Source: Podarcis liolepis (taxonomy: Eukaryota). From it: DNA of 64,000 nucleotides. Shown piece by piece: positions 23,769 through 37,530 of this stretch. Made by a program: the position numbers and the translations under genes. The stretch lies in the NCBI GenBank assembly GCA_965112155.1, contig OZ218105.1, one strand, 5' to 3'. The notes under the pieces were generated by a model. It was not told the DNA's origin. It searched no databases and saw only the letters and a program-made list of their open reading frames with translations. Every line of letters begins with the position of its first letter. The first letter of the stretch is position 1.

Positions 23769-26110
23769 GGTGTGATACATATGAGTGAACAAACAAGGGA
23801 AGTATACTGTTTAGTTTCAGGTTTTTGTGGGCCCTCAAGATGCTAATGGGAGTGTTCTCCTTTCACCTGTCATTTAGTACTCTCTCATTTGTTCACTAAC
23901 TATGTCCCCCATTCTTTCCTCTATGAAAGCTTACGCTGCAGTGAATTTGTTAGATTTTAAAGGGGCCATTTGTTGCTTCCAGGTCCCCAGAGACCAATCA
24001 GTGTTTTTCAGACCTAACCAGACCTCCCACTGATCAAAACGCAACTCAGAAAATGAGAAGACTGCAATCCTATGCATGCTTGCCTGGAGCAAATCTCATT
24101 TAAATCAATGGCATTTACTTTGGAATGGGTGGTTTTGCAGTAAATCAAACACATACAGAGCAGAAAAGGAAAAATGTATTCAGATAAATGAACAAGCCAA
24201 GCCATGGTCTACATATCAGTATACAAGGAATATGGTCAAGGAGTGAAGCATGCACCTACAGACAGGAAACATAAAACAGACACTCAGTGAAAAGGAAAAG
24301 GCCTAGCCAAAACCATCCTGAATCTGTGAATTTCAGTTTGAGTCATGCAGTGTATGAATATCCTAGAAATACACCAGGAAAAGGCTCTCTTGATTAAACA
24401 GTTTGAAGGCTTGCAGGACAGATGCGTATGAAACTGGAAAGAGATGGAACGACTCAGTAGAATTCCAGGCCTGCAATGCCGCCACCACAAGGTCCTTCTC
24501 CAAACACTTCCCAAGAAATTGGGACCACAGGTCTAAGAGCCCAGCTTCACCTATGACAATGGCAATATGAAAGCTCTATATGAGGTGTTTTATCTGTCAT
24601 GACTTTCACACCTAGAAGCCATCAAGTGATATACACAAATCTGAGTCAACCATTTAGGATCACAAATATGTCCTTTTCAGTATAAGCTGATCTGGAAGCA
24701 TCATTATGAATATATGAGACAGGGTGTGTTGTTAGACAGAACCACAATTTTCAAGGTGCATGTTTATGTGTCAAAGTAGCCCTGTTATGGCTAAATATAA
24801 ATAACCCAAAATATTTGCTTCCATTTCTGTTTTGAAATTTTATCCAACAGCTTGCATATATGAAAGTGCAAACATCTTCTTTGCTTTACTGTGGGCATTA
24901 CATTATGAAACAAATCACATCTAGAAACAACAACAAAAACCTGTGTGTTTATGCATACACACAACTTCTTGTAGTAAAGCATGTGACTTTAAAGCTGTAA
25001 TGCACTGAATTTTGAATGTTGTAATTAATTCCAAAAGCACAGAAACTATTTAATGTAAAATAATGCTATTGTGGGAGGAGGAATTGTAAGAAACTGCAAG
25101 AAACCAAAAGAAATAGTAAGGACCCAGATAATGCAGATGACCTTCCAAGTGGGAACACTTCACACCCACAAAAAATAGATGGTTTACATTGAATCTGCAA
25201 GTTGAAGTTTCTTGAAGAGGAAGAGGTAAGGCCATCTGCTGTTTGGAACAGAAAGTTTAGAGGAAGCACTGTGATTCTTTCAACAATGAAAAGATATGCA
25301 ATGGTCTCCAGGTCACATCACCCCTGAAAAATTCACTGCTTACAGATTCATTCCCAAGCTTCTAGCAACCTTGAGGCCCTCAAATATTCTCTCTACCATC
25401 AGAGATTTTGATCAAAGCTGCCAGGGCTTTGAAGGACTTTATACAACCATTTCTGAACAAGAGCTTCTCATATCAGTCTGTTCTCAGGAGTCTACCATGT
25501 ATGTTTTGCTGACTGAATAAGTCGCCCTTCACATTTTTTCCTGAACTAGGCTCAACAGAAAGCTGCTCTCACTGGAGTTTCTTTGCATAAAGCCTTGGGG
25601 TATTTTCTATTTTTATCTTTGGTGAAACGGAACCTTTATCTTAGTTAAAAGTTTTCCTTTTAGTTACAGTCCAATTCCTAATTGAACACACTTTGAGGCA
25701 TACTTTCCCATATATTGTTTTGAGGTTTGTTTTTGTTGTTGCTTTTTTCAAATCTCAGTATCATATAATGTAGCAAAATGTGTCCCTTTAATTATATAGA
25801 CCAGATCTACATATTTAAATATTTCCTTCTCTTTTTTTTCTGCTGAGATTTCCTCTCTCGAACTCCCTCTCAGTAATCACTACCAGAAATCAGAAAATGA
25901 CGTAAAAGTTTACATACACACAGACTGTCTGACTGTCTCACTCACTCACTCAGCTTTCCAGAACATGGGACTTTGGAAAAGCTTTTTACCTTCCACAATT
26001 AGAAGTGCTGACAGTTAAATTTATGTGGCCTTCCCTAATGAGCATGCAAGGGAAATAAACAGCTGAACTTTAAAATTCCTTACAGAATGAGCACAACTAT
26101 GTACAAACCA

Positions 26111-26116
<6 letters not shown>

Positions 26117-26173
<57 letters not shown>

Positions 26174-26174
26174 A
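26117..26174. repeat. Compound (TC)n(CA)n microsatellite
   Basis: Read directly. Confidence 0.95.
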
Positions 26175-26387
26175 AATGGAGGGATGGAACCCTTTTTGTA
26201 AATCAGATGTGTTAATGGAAGTCCAGTGCCATGCTTTTCCAGTTGTTCTGTATTTCAGGGGGCACAGGGTGTGCACAGAGGAAGAAGACAGGGGAACCCC
26301 ATTGAACAAGTAGAAGTCCTTGTGCAGGGCTTCTGCTGATGGGACCGGTTAGGTAAATCCCACCCTGTGTGTTTAGAGACACTATGC

Positions 26388-26523
26388 CAGGCTTCCTCAG
26401 CCTCGGCCCTCCAGATGTTTTTGGCCTACAACTCCAATTATCCCTAGCTAGCAGGACCAGTGGTCAGGGATGATGGGAATTGTAGTCTCAAAACATCTGA
26501 AGGACCGAGGTTGTTGAAGCTTG
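26388..26523. mobile_element. Palindromic hAT-type MITE (136 bp)
   Basis: Exact 8-bp TSD CACTATGC at 26380-26387 and 26524-26531. Whole-element palindrome CCAGATGTTTT..CTACAACTCC / GGGAATTGTAG..AAAACATCTG. Confidence 0.85.
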
Positions 26524-28736
26524 CACTATGCATTTATAAGAGAAAAAAGGCAGCAATACTGTTGGATGCAGATAACCATTTATTAGACATTTGGAAATGT
26601 ATGCTGCTGCACCTATTACCACATGGAAAGCTAGACATAAGTTGTGTCTGACCACTAGGCAATTTTTAACCACAAATCTGGAACCAATTAGAAATCCAAG
26701 GAAGTTCGCCATAATGCCAGACATATTTGCCTACATTATTATATATTATCCGTGGAAAGTTCACAAGCAATCGCTAGAATCTTTTTGCCACCATCAACTT
26801 GGTGGATTTTCCATAAGCGCTGTCGCCTTGAACCTCCAGCTTTTCTAGCATCTTCTAAAACCATGGGGAAATCGAAGTATAAAGTCAAGGGCATAACCCT
26901 TGACCTCACTGTTTCTCCATATGTGGATAAACACCTGTGTGCCATTAGTCTTAAGGCATGATGAACACTTTAATCTTTCAGGAGATTCAGGAAAATAGAT
27001 GATAAGCATGGTTAAGAATACAGAGAAGGTTCATTGTATAGCACTTTATGAAGATGACCACAACTATTTAAAATCAATTACTGGTACTATTGCTCAAAGA
27101 AGATAAGAGACTCTACGAAGATAAGGGTGTGTTCCGTCTCAAATAAACATTGTGTTATTTGTTTCTACAACTTAATTTTTACATTTGTTGATCTGTTAAC
27201 AACTGATCAACAATGATCAATTACCAGGCATCAGTTGTTTGCAGCTACGTAGGATATGTCATCCTGTTGAGGCCAGTTCTCCCCAGAAGAAAAGTCTCTC
27301 TGGCCTTGTCATCTGCTCCTCTAAGTAGCAGCTTGGAAGCCAAATATCGCACTCTCTTTTCACCTCGTCCATACATGCCACCTCTCTTATCTCAGTCAGA
27401 TTCAAACCACCATTAATCCTTCTTCTACAGCAAAGTTTTTTATCCTCTGCATTTGGAAGTTGATTGCTTCAAGTTTGTTTTCGAGTCAATAAAGTTGTAT
27501 GTTGGTTTACATGAAAATATGGGCTGGGTATGAGTTTAGCTAACTGGATAGGCACACAGACTTACATGTGCTGAGGCCAGAACCGTATGGTCAGCCACAC
27601 AGAGCTGAGAGGAGTAATCATGTGTTTTTGTTTGTATAACAAAGATGCCCTTAATTATATTATGTCCTACTGAGAAGAGTGAAAATAAACAAAGCTTGCT
27701 TGATTACTGCTTCTTGGAAGGTAGAAACACTTGCGTGTGTTTTTTCTCAATAAAAAAATTGTCCATGGACTCCTTTGTCCAAACTTCCCCCCCCCTATGA
27801 ATTCTACTTATCACTGTATCTCCCCCACCCCCACCCCGATTCCCTCCACCTTGTTTCTCCTGGTGTACGCACAATGAAAAATCAAATAGGTTGGTATCTT
27901 TGGCACAACATTTAAAGGAAAAAGGCCTTTAGGAAAATTACATCATTCGCAAACATACTGCGTCAATACAAAAACTGGAGAAGCCACATTAACCCAGCCA
28001 CACTTTTCATACATGGCATGCATAAAAACCCAAATGCTAGTCACTGCCTCCAGGAAAGCAGCGCAGAAACCGAAAGAGCAAAATAAGAAAAGGATCACAA
28101 GTATAAACAAAAAGAGAACAGAGCCCTGGACTCCTGAAGGCTGAGGCCCTGCCACAGTGCAGGAGATAAGGAGTGAGGTGCAGCTCTAAATACAACAGGC
28201 CAGCTGATAAAACAGGCTGCCAAGAGCTAGTTTTAGCTGGAACAAATCAGGGGGGAAACCAAAGGGGGGGAAAGAAGAAAGAATGCTGGCGAATACCAGC
28301 ACCAGAGTAGCTGAAACACAAGCACGCTTACTAAGCTAATGCATGACATGCAGCTTCACTTAATGGCTCTCTTACAAAGCCTGTTTGGACCAGTTTTCAT
28401 TTCTTTATTAGCAACCCTTTCAAAGCTACTATACTTAATGAAACACACTGTGCAGACCTCTCTCTCTCTCTCTCTCTCTCTCCAGGACTTTGTTCTGAAT
28501 TCTTCTAAATTTATGTAAAACATCTAGGCACCTTTCTGTGCACAAGATCCAAATGGGCCCACTCATGCCACAGCCTTTTGCCTGGCACAGGAACTGCCCC
28601 TCCCTTTCCTCTGCTCATCGCCAACATCCCTGCCCTGCTTCACTCCTGTTTCCTGAAACTTTGATGACTCTCCTTTCCTAGGTCAAAGCCCGCCCCTTGC
28701 ACCTACCCAAAATGGTCTCCACCCCTACCCATTACA

Positions 28737-28893
28737 GAGATCATAGATTCGTAGAATTGCAGAGTCGGAAGGGATCTTGAGGATCATCTGGCCCAACCCC
28801 CTGCAATCCAGTACGATGCAGCTGTCACATGCAGGAATTGAACCTGTAACCTTGGCATTATCGGCACTGAGCTCTAACCAACCGAGCTATCCA
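28737..28893 (-). mobile_element. SINE with tRNA-Ile-like head and CR1-type tail
   Basis: Minus strand TAGCTCGGTTGGTTAGAGC..TGCCGATAATGCCAAGGTTACAGGTTCAATTCC, then CCCTTCCGACTCTGCAATTCTACGAATCTATGA tail. Confidence 0.75.
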
Positions 28894-30317
28894 GATCTTC
28901 ACTGCAGAAACTCCCAGAACAGAAACAATTGGAGGAGAAGCGCTTCCTGTTCCTCCTGAGCAAAACAATGTTCCAACTCCCATTTAGAGATGAGGCTACA
29001 AAATTAAGAGCCTGCTTTGCATTAGGTTTGAATAAGAACATGGGACAATTTCTTTACTCTATAAATAACGACTTTCTCCTATTTGGTTTGCATTCAGGAT
29101 ATATTTAGCGTTCCACAGATGAGTTATTTTTCTCCTCTCATTACCTTGCTAGTTTGAATTATTTTCCAGTGTGAAACAGAGGGTGCTGCCTTATAGCAAG
29201 GCAAGTGACTGGTTCACCTAGCTCAGTAATGTCTATAAACGCTATGCACTGGCTGGCAGCAGCTCTCGGGGAATCAGACTGGAGTTCTTCCCAGCAATAC
29301 CTGGAAACATCAGGTATTGGACACGGGACTTTCTCCGTGCCATGCAAGGCCCTACAGACATACAATATATGACCTACACAGCTAGGGACCTGCATACCTA
29401 AACACATGCTTACTTTCACACAGATAAGGCCGTGTGTATGAATGGAAAAAATATACAGAGGGGGGTAAACAGAACTGTGTTTCATAGCTGTTTCTTGTGC
29501 AGGTATCTAAAAACTCTGTGTGAGTTTTTTAAAAATGCAATAAAATCAAGTTTGGAATATTTATGTAGTAACCAAATCCTCACATTCTTTTGACATTTGA
29601 TAGCAGGGTGTTGAAAATTGCCATAACCCTCAAGGACCCATCAGCCTCTGACAGTTTTATAGGATTACTAGGAAGGTTTCACAGCAGTAGGATGGTAATT
29701 TAAAACCAGGCCTCCTCCTGTTGTGTTTATAGATGCAAGCAGATGTGTGCTCATCATTCCCATACCTAACAAAAATCCGAGGCCTTGAACCTAGTTAGAA
29801 CATGTTCCCAGAGCACAAAGGTTTGAGATCTGAATTTTCGGCTTGTGCACATTCAGGTTGGACTAAGAATCTTAGGCAGGGGTATGGGGGGGGAGTGTTG
29901 GGAGGTATTGCTGCTGCTGATTTTCAGTTTTCTGCAACTTACTTATCTTTTTATATTTTTCTTTCATTGAAAAGCAGTGCTTTTAAAAAATATCCTTCTG
30001 TTTTAAAAGCAGCACTCTGCTGTATTTCCCAGGAAGCAACTGTTAGGAATACAAGTCCAAAATGTGCAGGTTTTATGTCCTTGACCAAACATTATCGCCA
30101 TATTTTGTTCTCCCACCCATCCTCCTGGTAATGGTCTGATTACTGTGACAACTTTGTATGCTCCATAGAATCATAGAATTGGAGGGTTGGAAGCAGGGCC
30201 GGATTTAGCTTTGATGAGGCCCTAAGCTACTGAAGGTAATGGGGTCCTTTATATGTCCAGCTGTCCTTTGTCAACAACAAATTGTCGCTGTTTTTTGTGT
30301 TGAATATATGCTATGTG

Positions 30318-30583
30318 ATATCCAGATCCTGAAGCTGAGGCTCCAATAATTTGGCCACCTCATGAGAAGAGAAGACTCCCTGGAAAAGACCCTGATGTTG
30401 GGAAAGATGGAGGGCACAAGGAGAAGGGGACGACAGAGGACGAGATGTTTGGATAGTGTTCTCAAAGCTACCAGCATGAGTTTGACCAAACTGCGGGAGG
30501 CAGTGGAAGACAGGAGTGCCTGGCGTGCTCTGGTCCATGGGGTCACGAAGAGTCAGACACGACTAAACGACTAAACAACAACA
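30318..30583 (+). mobile_element. BovB/RTE LINE 3' fragment
   Basis: ORF MRREDSLEKTLMLGKMEGTRRRGRQR...WRALVHGVTKSQTRLND is the typical BovB C-terminus. (CAA)n tail and 12-bp TSD ATATGCTATGTG at 30306-30317 and 30584-30595. Confidence 0.92.
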
Positions 30584-30660
30584 ATATGCTATGTGGTAAT
30601 TTATGGACCTAATAAGTATCTAAAACCATTTGCACATAACAAAATATAACTGAAATACTA

Positions 30661-30891
30661 CAGTGGTGCCTCGCAAGACGAAATTAATCCGTTCCGCGAG
30701 TCTCTTCATCTTGCGGTTTTTTCGTCTTGCGAAGCACGGCTATTAGCGGCTTAGCGGCTTTAAGAAAAAGGAAACAAACTCGCAAGAACTCACAAGACGT
30801 TTCGTCTTGCGGAACGACTCAAAAAACGGAAAACTCTTTCGTCTTGCGTGTTTTTCGTCTTGCGAGGCATTCGTCTTGTGAGGTACCACTG
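30661..30891. mobile_element. Tigger/pogo-like MITE (family D, CGTCTTGCG subterminal repeats)
   Basis: TA|CAGTGGTGCCTCGCAAGACG...CGTCTTGTGAGGTACCACTG|TA. Confidence 0.9.
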
Positions 30892-32097
30892 TATTAAGAA
30901 AAAGTATATTAATAGTGAAATACAATTAAGAAGTATATTAATAAGTGAAATAATTATTAAGCTCTACCTTAAATTTATTTTCATTAATTCGGGGGGGGGG
31001 GAGAGAGAGAGTGGGGCCCTAAGCTATAGCTTGTTAGCTTATATGTAAATCTGGCACTGGTTGGAAGGGACCCTGAGGCTCGTCTGCTCCAACCTCTGCA
31101 GTGCAGCTGTCCCATACGGGGATCAAATGTGCAACCTTGGCATTAACAGCACCACAACCAATAAAATTACTGTTTGTATCATTATCAAGCTAGATCTTTT
31201 GGCAGCTTTACCAATACCAATACGAAGTCTGAAAGGTGTGCTTAGCAGTCAGGGGTGCCTGAGGTTTCCTCTGAAAGTTGGAAATGATAGGAGCTGAAGT
31301 TTGAACTACTTTGCTGGCAAAAAACCCCTAAAAAAACAGAAGTATTTGTGTCAGACCTGGCCAATCTTAGGGTTTCACCCTGTCTGCAGCCATACTGCTG
31401 CTTTATTAAACTCCTGTTCTCGCCTGAATAAAGAGGGCTTGGAAACCTGAGCATGTAGGAGCAGAAGCAGTACTTGGTCAACTACATCTCTAGTCAGGTT
31501 AGTAATCCAGCGAAGGGGCGGGGGGAGAGAGAAGAGAACCACATGACATTTCCAAGAAGAGCAAGGCAGCACAATGATGCATTGCTGATTCATAACTATG
31601 ACTGGGGCATTTATAATATTAACTTTGGTAGCATTCATTTCAAAATCCCTCGTGCCTCTAAATCCCACTCAGAGCAAGGGAAGTATGTTACATTAGACAA
31701 AGCCATTTCTGCTGTGCCAGCAGAACTCTTTCCACTGGCCTCTGTCCCCCACTCCCCGCCCTTTGGTTTTATATCTCTTCCGCCTGTGCTATAAAATTGT
31801 CATCGGGTATAACGTAACATGCACTACAGCAAGACAGGCAGGCTTTGGAGACAGTGAGGAAGGAAGAGAAGCCTGACCTAGGAAGTCACGCTGTTGCGAG
31901 TAATGGTTGCATGCTTGCCTAGCCTCAATTTATTCTCTCTTTTTTTAAAGGCTAAACTAGTGGTGTCGAGATTCTTGTAGAAATACACTATGACAGCAGT
32001 GTCATATGTACTGTGGCCTATAGCAGTGGTGACCAACCTTTTTGTCAAGTGTGCCACAGATCAAGTCCAAAATGTAAGAGACTCCTCTGCTCTAGTG

Positions 32098-32227
32098 CAG
32101 CCATTCCAACCCAGCACCCTCCAGATGTTTTGGACTACAACTCCCATCATCTCTGACTGTTGACCATGCTTGCTGGGGATGATGGGAGTTGTAGTCTGAA
32201 ACACCTGGAGGGCATCGGGGAATGCAG
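32098..32227. mobile_element. Palindromic hAT-type MITE
   Basis: 8-bp TSD CTCTAGTG at 32090-32097 and 32228-32235; same family as 26388-26523. Confidence 0.8.
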
Positions 32228-34714
32228 CTCTAGTGTACACTTTGGTGCATGGAAAACAGCCTTCTACCAGCCAACCTATTTCTCTGCTCTGACAGGTAAC
32301 AGCTTCTCCACTATTTTGGGCACATAGAGTTCTTCCCCATCGACTGTCTGCGATTGGATCTGGGACATTCTGCATGCAAAGCACACCCTCTGCCATTGAG
32401 CTATGATGCCCTCTATCTCCTGTGCCAGGTAGTCTTAAGGCATGCTTCTGTAAGCTTATGTTTTTCAGCACGGGCTTCAGAAGGAGACTGTGAAGATCAC
32501 TGAAACAGAGCCAGCTACATCTATTTAAAGTTAAGTAGGGTTCATCAAGAGCTAATTAATGTTAAATTCATTGAATTAAACATTTTGGCAAAGCAAAAGG
32601 CTGACCTAAATCATGCAGTCGTTTTTTAACAATGTATTTTGATACAAATACTTCTACAAATTGAAGATGGCAGGCATCATCTTTAGGAGCAGCACTCTCT
32701 TCCCAAGTGACAGGGGGAGGGCAGAGGAATGCCCTTGGTGCAAAACGTGACCATTGGCTAAAAAACTAAGTTGGCATGGCATGATGATTTTCTCCATATG
32801 AACACTCTTACAGATTTAATAAATCAATTGACTGATGAACTAATACTCATATAATTAATAGACTAAAACAACTTATATCATTGCAACCCTAAAAGAAAGT
32901 AGCTTTTTATATGGGGGAGAAGGATGGCCAAAGACAAATGATCCAGTTATTGTTGAGTGCATTATGGAAAGGTGACCTGTCAAAACTAGGTCTCCCTTCT
33001 GTACTATAATGATCCGAGAGGACTCTTCCTATCCCCACAGCCTCAATGAGCACTTCTCTACTGCTCAGAGTATGTTAACTGTTTGCAAGTGAAGGAACTG
33101 TTCTCATTTTGGGGCAACATGAATTCGTGCTAGCAAAAGTTAGAAAAAAAGCACGCCAACAGGCAGATTGTTAGTAGGATTGGGCAAAGGCACCTTTTTT
33201 GGTGATTGTGCCACTACTTCAGGTTGTCTGCAAAGGCCAAGGAAGATGCATAGAATACAGGCAGGACCCAAGAATGGAGTTTAAACACAGGGTCCTTATT
33301 TCACCATAGCTACCAGTACATAGAATGCAGTTTTCATTATGTCTGAGAGAGATAAATAGTATTAGGTGTTAGTCTCTTAGTGGTGGTTTCTTTCCAGCTT
33401 CAAAACTGATGGCAATTCAGAGGAACAAGGCAGGAGGGAGCAAAGTCCACAAGCCCTTTCCTGCTTAAATGGGTAACATGGAAAAGGGAGTTTCCCTGCT
33501 TTACAGAAGGATAACAAGACAGGCATGGTGAATGGTAAAGAACAGGGTACTCTTAAGCCAACAATGAAATGATAATAGCATGATAAATCTTCCAGAACTC
33601 TGTCAAGCCATGGGAATTCTGAACCCTCCCTTAAAATGTTGCTTTGTTGTTCATTCCCCAACATGGATAAACCACGACTCCATCTACATACCCTAGCAGA
33701 TGAAATGAATCATATTAGCTCTGCAGAGCAGCACTTAAAATATGCACATATTTATCGGCTTCAGCCTACATCCATAAGTCTACCTTTACAATTTCTGCAA
33801 AACAGCGATAAACAATGTTTACAAGAATAGAAGAGTGTGCGTATGTTTGTATGTGCAAGATAAACCCAGACGGTTTATGCAAGGACTTGCTGCATCTGGC
33901 GGTCATTCAAATGAAAACTCATTCTTTCCCACCCCCCACCCCCACAATTAAATCCACGCTATTATCAAAACCATCAGTTTATTTGAAGACTGCCGGCTAA
34001 TATATAAATTTCCCTTTGTGCTCAAAATGTCTTTATCAGATAAGGTAGCTTTTGTTTAAACTACTATTTTCAGCACTTGCTTTTGAGATTTTTTTATTTT
34101 TATTTTTTTTGAATACACAGCATGGAGTAACTGGAGACTTCCTAGCCTGCTTTAAAAGTGTGTTTCTTCTGTCTGCCTGTATTTTGTAATTTCCTGTCAA
34201 ATACCTCGCCGTAATTAACTTTCCTTGCTCCAATCTACTTTCTTTTTCTTCTTCTTTCTCAACTATTCCCACTTCCTGAGGATGGCAATAAAATGCTGAT
34301 TACATGTGGCTGTTATCTGCTTGCCTTTCCCTTCATCTCCCTCCCACCCTCCTGTGCCCTTTGTTGAAACCAGCCCTTGGGTTTCAAGACTTTCAGTGGA
34401 GAAAGTAAGAGGAAAAGGAAGCTAACAGGACTGCAGGAATCCAGGATCATTAGCATTTATTGGGGCAATCTGCAGCTACAATCAGGACAAATAATTAAGG
34501 TAGAGCAGCTTCTGTGTCTGCGGCTTTTCTCAGACACACTGAACTTTGAACAGAAGTCTGAATGCTCTTTTTTTTTCCTGTTGGCTGCAGCAGGTGTCGG
34601 CGAAGCAGGGATGGAAATGATAACAACAATAAGCTCCAAAACACTTTCAAAGAAGGTTAAGAGGCCACGCCAGTCTTACAGCTAGACAAGAACTTTATGG
34701 TTTTCCAAAGTACT

Positions 34715-34858
34715 CCATGGGTAGCTAGGTCAATTCAACACGAGACTCTTAAAACTCAGGGTCGTGGGTTTGAGCCCTACATTGGGCAGGAGATTCCTGC
34801 ATTGCAGGCGGGGGGGACTGGGGGTCCCTCCCAACTCTACAATTCTATGATTCTATGA
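34715..34858 (+). mobile_element. SINE with tRNA-Lys(CTT)-like head and CR1-type tail
   Basis: GAGACTCTTAAAACTCAGGGTCGTGGGTTTGAGCCCTACATTGGGC, then GATTCCTGCATTGCAGG, then ATTCTATGATTCTATGA. Confidence 0.8.
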
Positions 34859-35294
34859 CTCCACCCAGAAAGATCTAAGTCTACTGCCACCTAGTGATGG
34901 AACTACAAAACAGGGATGGGGAACTGGATATGGCCCACAGTCGTTTACCTGACATCACAAAGATGTCAGGTAACCACCCACGCAGCCACCATGGAGGGGT
35001 CTTCAGAAGCCCCTTTCAAAGCACCACACAATCCTACATGTGGGCCAATAAATTAAATGGGCATCACTTGGCCAAAACTGTTTAACAGGATCTAGACTGG
35101 TGTTTGGAAGTGGAAATGGGCTGGATATGGACCAATAAAACACAGCTGAATCATGATAAAAACAGGTGTTATGCATTCTCAGCTCTCAGTTCTGAGAGAT
35201 GGGGTGGTCGCCTCTTCCACACAGGCTGCGCCACCTGGAAGGAACCAGTCTGCAGCTGTTTATTACATATGCTGAAGATGTACCATTTGATCTT

Positions 35295-35462
35295 GGCCTT
35301 GGACCGAGATGTTTTTAGGATCCATCCTATTCTGAATGTTGGGACCAATTTTAACACTGTAATTTTTACATAGTTTGTAATGTAATATATTTTTAATCTT
35401 TGTTGGAAGCCGCCCAGAGTGGCTGGGGAAACCCAGCCATTTGGGCAGGGTACAAATAATGA

Positions 35463-35513
<51 letters not shown>
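35295..35513 (+). mobile_element. L2-type LINE 3' end with (TTA)n tail
   Basis: GGAAGCCGCCCAGAGTGGCTGGGGAAACCCAGCCA...GGTACAAATAAT followed by (TTA)n at 35463-35513. Confidence 0.75.
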
Positions 35514-35516
<3 letters not shown>

Positions 35517-36412
35517 TGCCCTGGGACCTTATGGTGAAGGACAGGTAATAAATCTTATATAAATATTATTAATAATCAACAGCAGCAAGAGCATTTCCTG
35601 TGCTGTGACCCTTTACAATGCAAAACAGCTCGGAACACAACCATTGCTCCCTTTTTCACACAGTAGTTGTCTTCCTATTCTGGAGTTTAAATTACTAATA
35701 GCTTACTACTCGGCAAGATAGTGCAGAACTGCCACAGCTTCCATGCTGTGAAAGAATTCAGCCATGGAACAAGTAGACTGCACCTGTGTATGTGTGTGTC
35801 ACTCCACTCCACTTGCACACAGAAGCAGGGGTGGGAAACTGGTGGTCCACTGGCCTCTCCATTCAGCTTGCAGCAATTAGGAAAAAACCCTTCTATCAGA
35901 GCTGAAAGGAAGCTCCTCCCACAAGCCTAACTGCAGAGCTCAGTGGGGGGCAAGCTGAGAATACACTGTGTGTGTGTGTTGCATCTACAGTGACTCATGT
36001 GTGTCCTTGGTTGTGCCCTGTATGTGTGCATTTGGAAGGGGCGTGTGCATATCCTCCAGTTCTGGTCCAGTTCAATTAGGCTCTACTCACCTCTCTTCCA
36101 GCCTTGCCCACTTCTTGCTCCCAGAAGGTTGGGCATAAGTAAATGCGACTCTCTTAGAGACACAAGGATAAGTGGGTCAGACAGGTATAGGCTCACAGTT
36201 CACTCTATGGCTCAAAGACCAATGCTAGGGAACAACACCTACTTCCATACGCAACTCAAATGTTCTCATTACATCTTCCATTTTGAAAGAAACACATCTC
36301 ACCAAATGGTTTTGCCAAACTTCTCATTATTTTTCTACAATAGGGAGGCTTTTATTCCATCTCCAATCTCCAACACCTCCATTGTTTTTTTGGTGGCCAG
36401 TAACTTTAGGTT

Positions 36413-36493
36413 AGAAAGGTAAAGGACCCCTGACAGTTAAGTCCAGTTGTGAATGACTCTGGGGTTGTGGTGCTCATCTCTCTTTATTGGCCA
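36413..36493 (-). mobile_element. Sauria SINE 3' end fragment
   Basis: AAAGGTAAAGGACCCCTG is the reverse complement of the (ACCTTT)n tail. Confidence 0.65.
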
Positions 36494-37429
36494 AGAACTT
36501 TAGGTTACATTTTATATATTTCTACTGCATTGGTTTTAAGGTGCAGTTTTGGAGCTGCATGGTTTTTTGTTTTTTTTGTTTTTTCCCCTTTTCTACAACT
36601 TACTTTTTTAGTTGCATTCAAATAGTTTTCCATCATTTTTGCAGGCCTTCAAACCTTGCCCTTCAGCTGCCGGATTACTGTTTCACAATGAGTATTTAAT
36701 AATGCCGGCAACTGTTTTTTTAAAAAAAAATCCTGCCATCAAATGCCTTAATTCTTTTTAATTTCAGATCTCAGTTTCTCTGGCTGATTTTCAAAGACAT
36801 CATTCCCCCCTTGCTTTTGTATCCAACAGGAAACAGATTCGCTCTTCTTCTAAACACCTATCAGAATGTTTGATGTGCAGTGATTAATCCTAAGATTCAG
36901 CTCTCACAATTTGCCTGCTTATACCCAGACGCTGCAAAAGAGTAAACACATACATAAGCTTCCTAGCTGAACATGGATATATATAGCTGTGGTGTGACCT
37001 AGTGACAAAAAGCTCAATGTGTACACATGCACACACACCTATATATAATGGCATACACATTTGGTCTGGTCTCAGTGCCCCAAAACAATCATGCATTATT
37101 TACATTAGCAAGGCCACATTCAGAATGGCTTCATCCTTGTTAGCCGCAAACAATTTTTGATATCATAAGAGGCATCATTTCCCTTAGTACATACATACAT
37201 ACATACATACATATATACATACGCATATACATCTTTTTTTTACCTATTCCACTATCTAAACAGGTTCTGGAAACATTATAAAACAGGTTTTTTTGTGTGA
37301 CTAAAGGATAGGTGAAGACATCACAGGCAACAATCCCTTTATTATCATCCCCCTGCTGCAAGTTTTGCAGGATGAACTATGATTCTGTGTCGCTTTCAGT
37401 TTCTCTTCAAGACAGAGGTAGCAGCTTAC

Positions 37430-37530
37430 AGGTAACGGAGCTCTGCTGAAGCCCCTGAAGACAGCAGGGGAAATGACAAGAAATGTGGGAGAGTTGACTG
37501 CTAATGACTGTGTATTTAAAGTTACTTCCC
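37430..37530 (-). other. Weaker candidate (alternative) exon, 101 nt
   Basis: Acceptor ttattccttttcag|, donor CCT|gtaagc with weak exonic positions. Confidence 0.2.

Larger units (their letters stand above)
30194..31059. mobile_element. Non-autonomous hAT-type transposon carrying two younger insertions
   Basis: TIRs CAGGGCCGGATTTA / CAGTGCCAGATTTA (reverse complement of right end). Exact 8-bp TSD GTTGGAAG at 30186-30193 and 31060-31067. Confidence 0.85.
30164..31155 (-). mobile_element. tRNA-Ile-like/CR1-tail SINE split by a hAT insertion
   Basis: 30164-30193 and 31068-31155 rejoin into a copy of the 28737-28893 SINE. Confidence 0.7.

Noticed and set aside
34715-34790. Functional tRNA-Lys gene (likewise the Ile- and Asn-like segments)
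   Set aside because: Degenerate arms fused to a SINE body and CR1 tail, so these are SINE heads.
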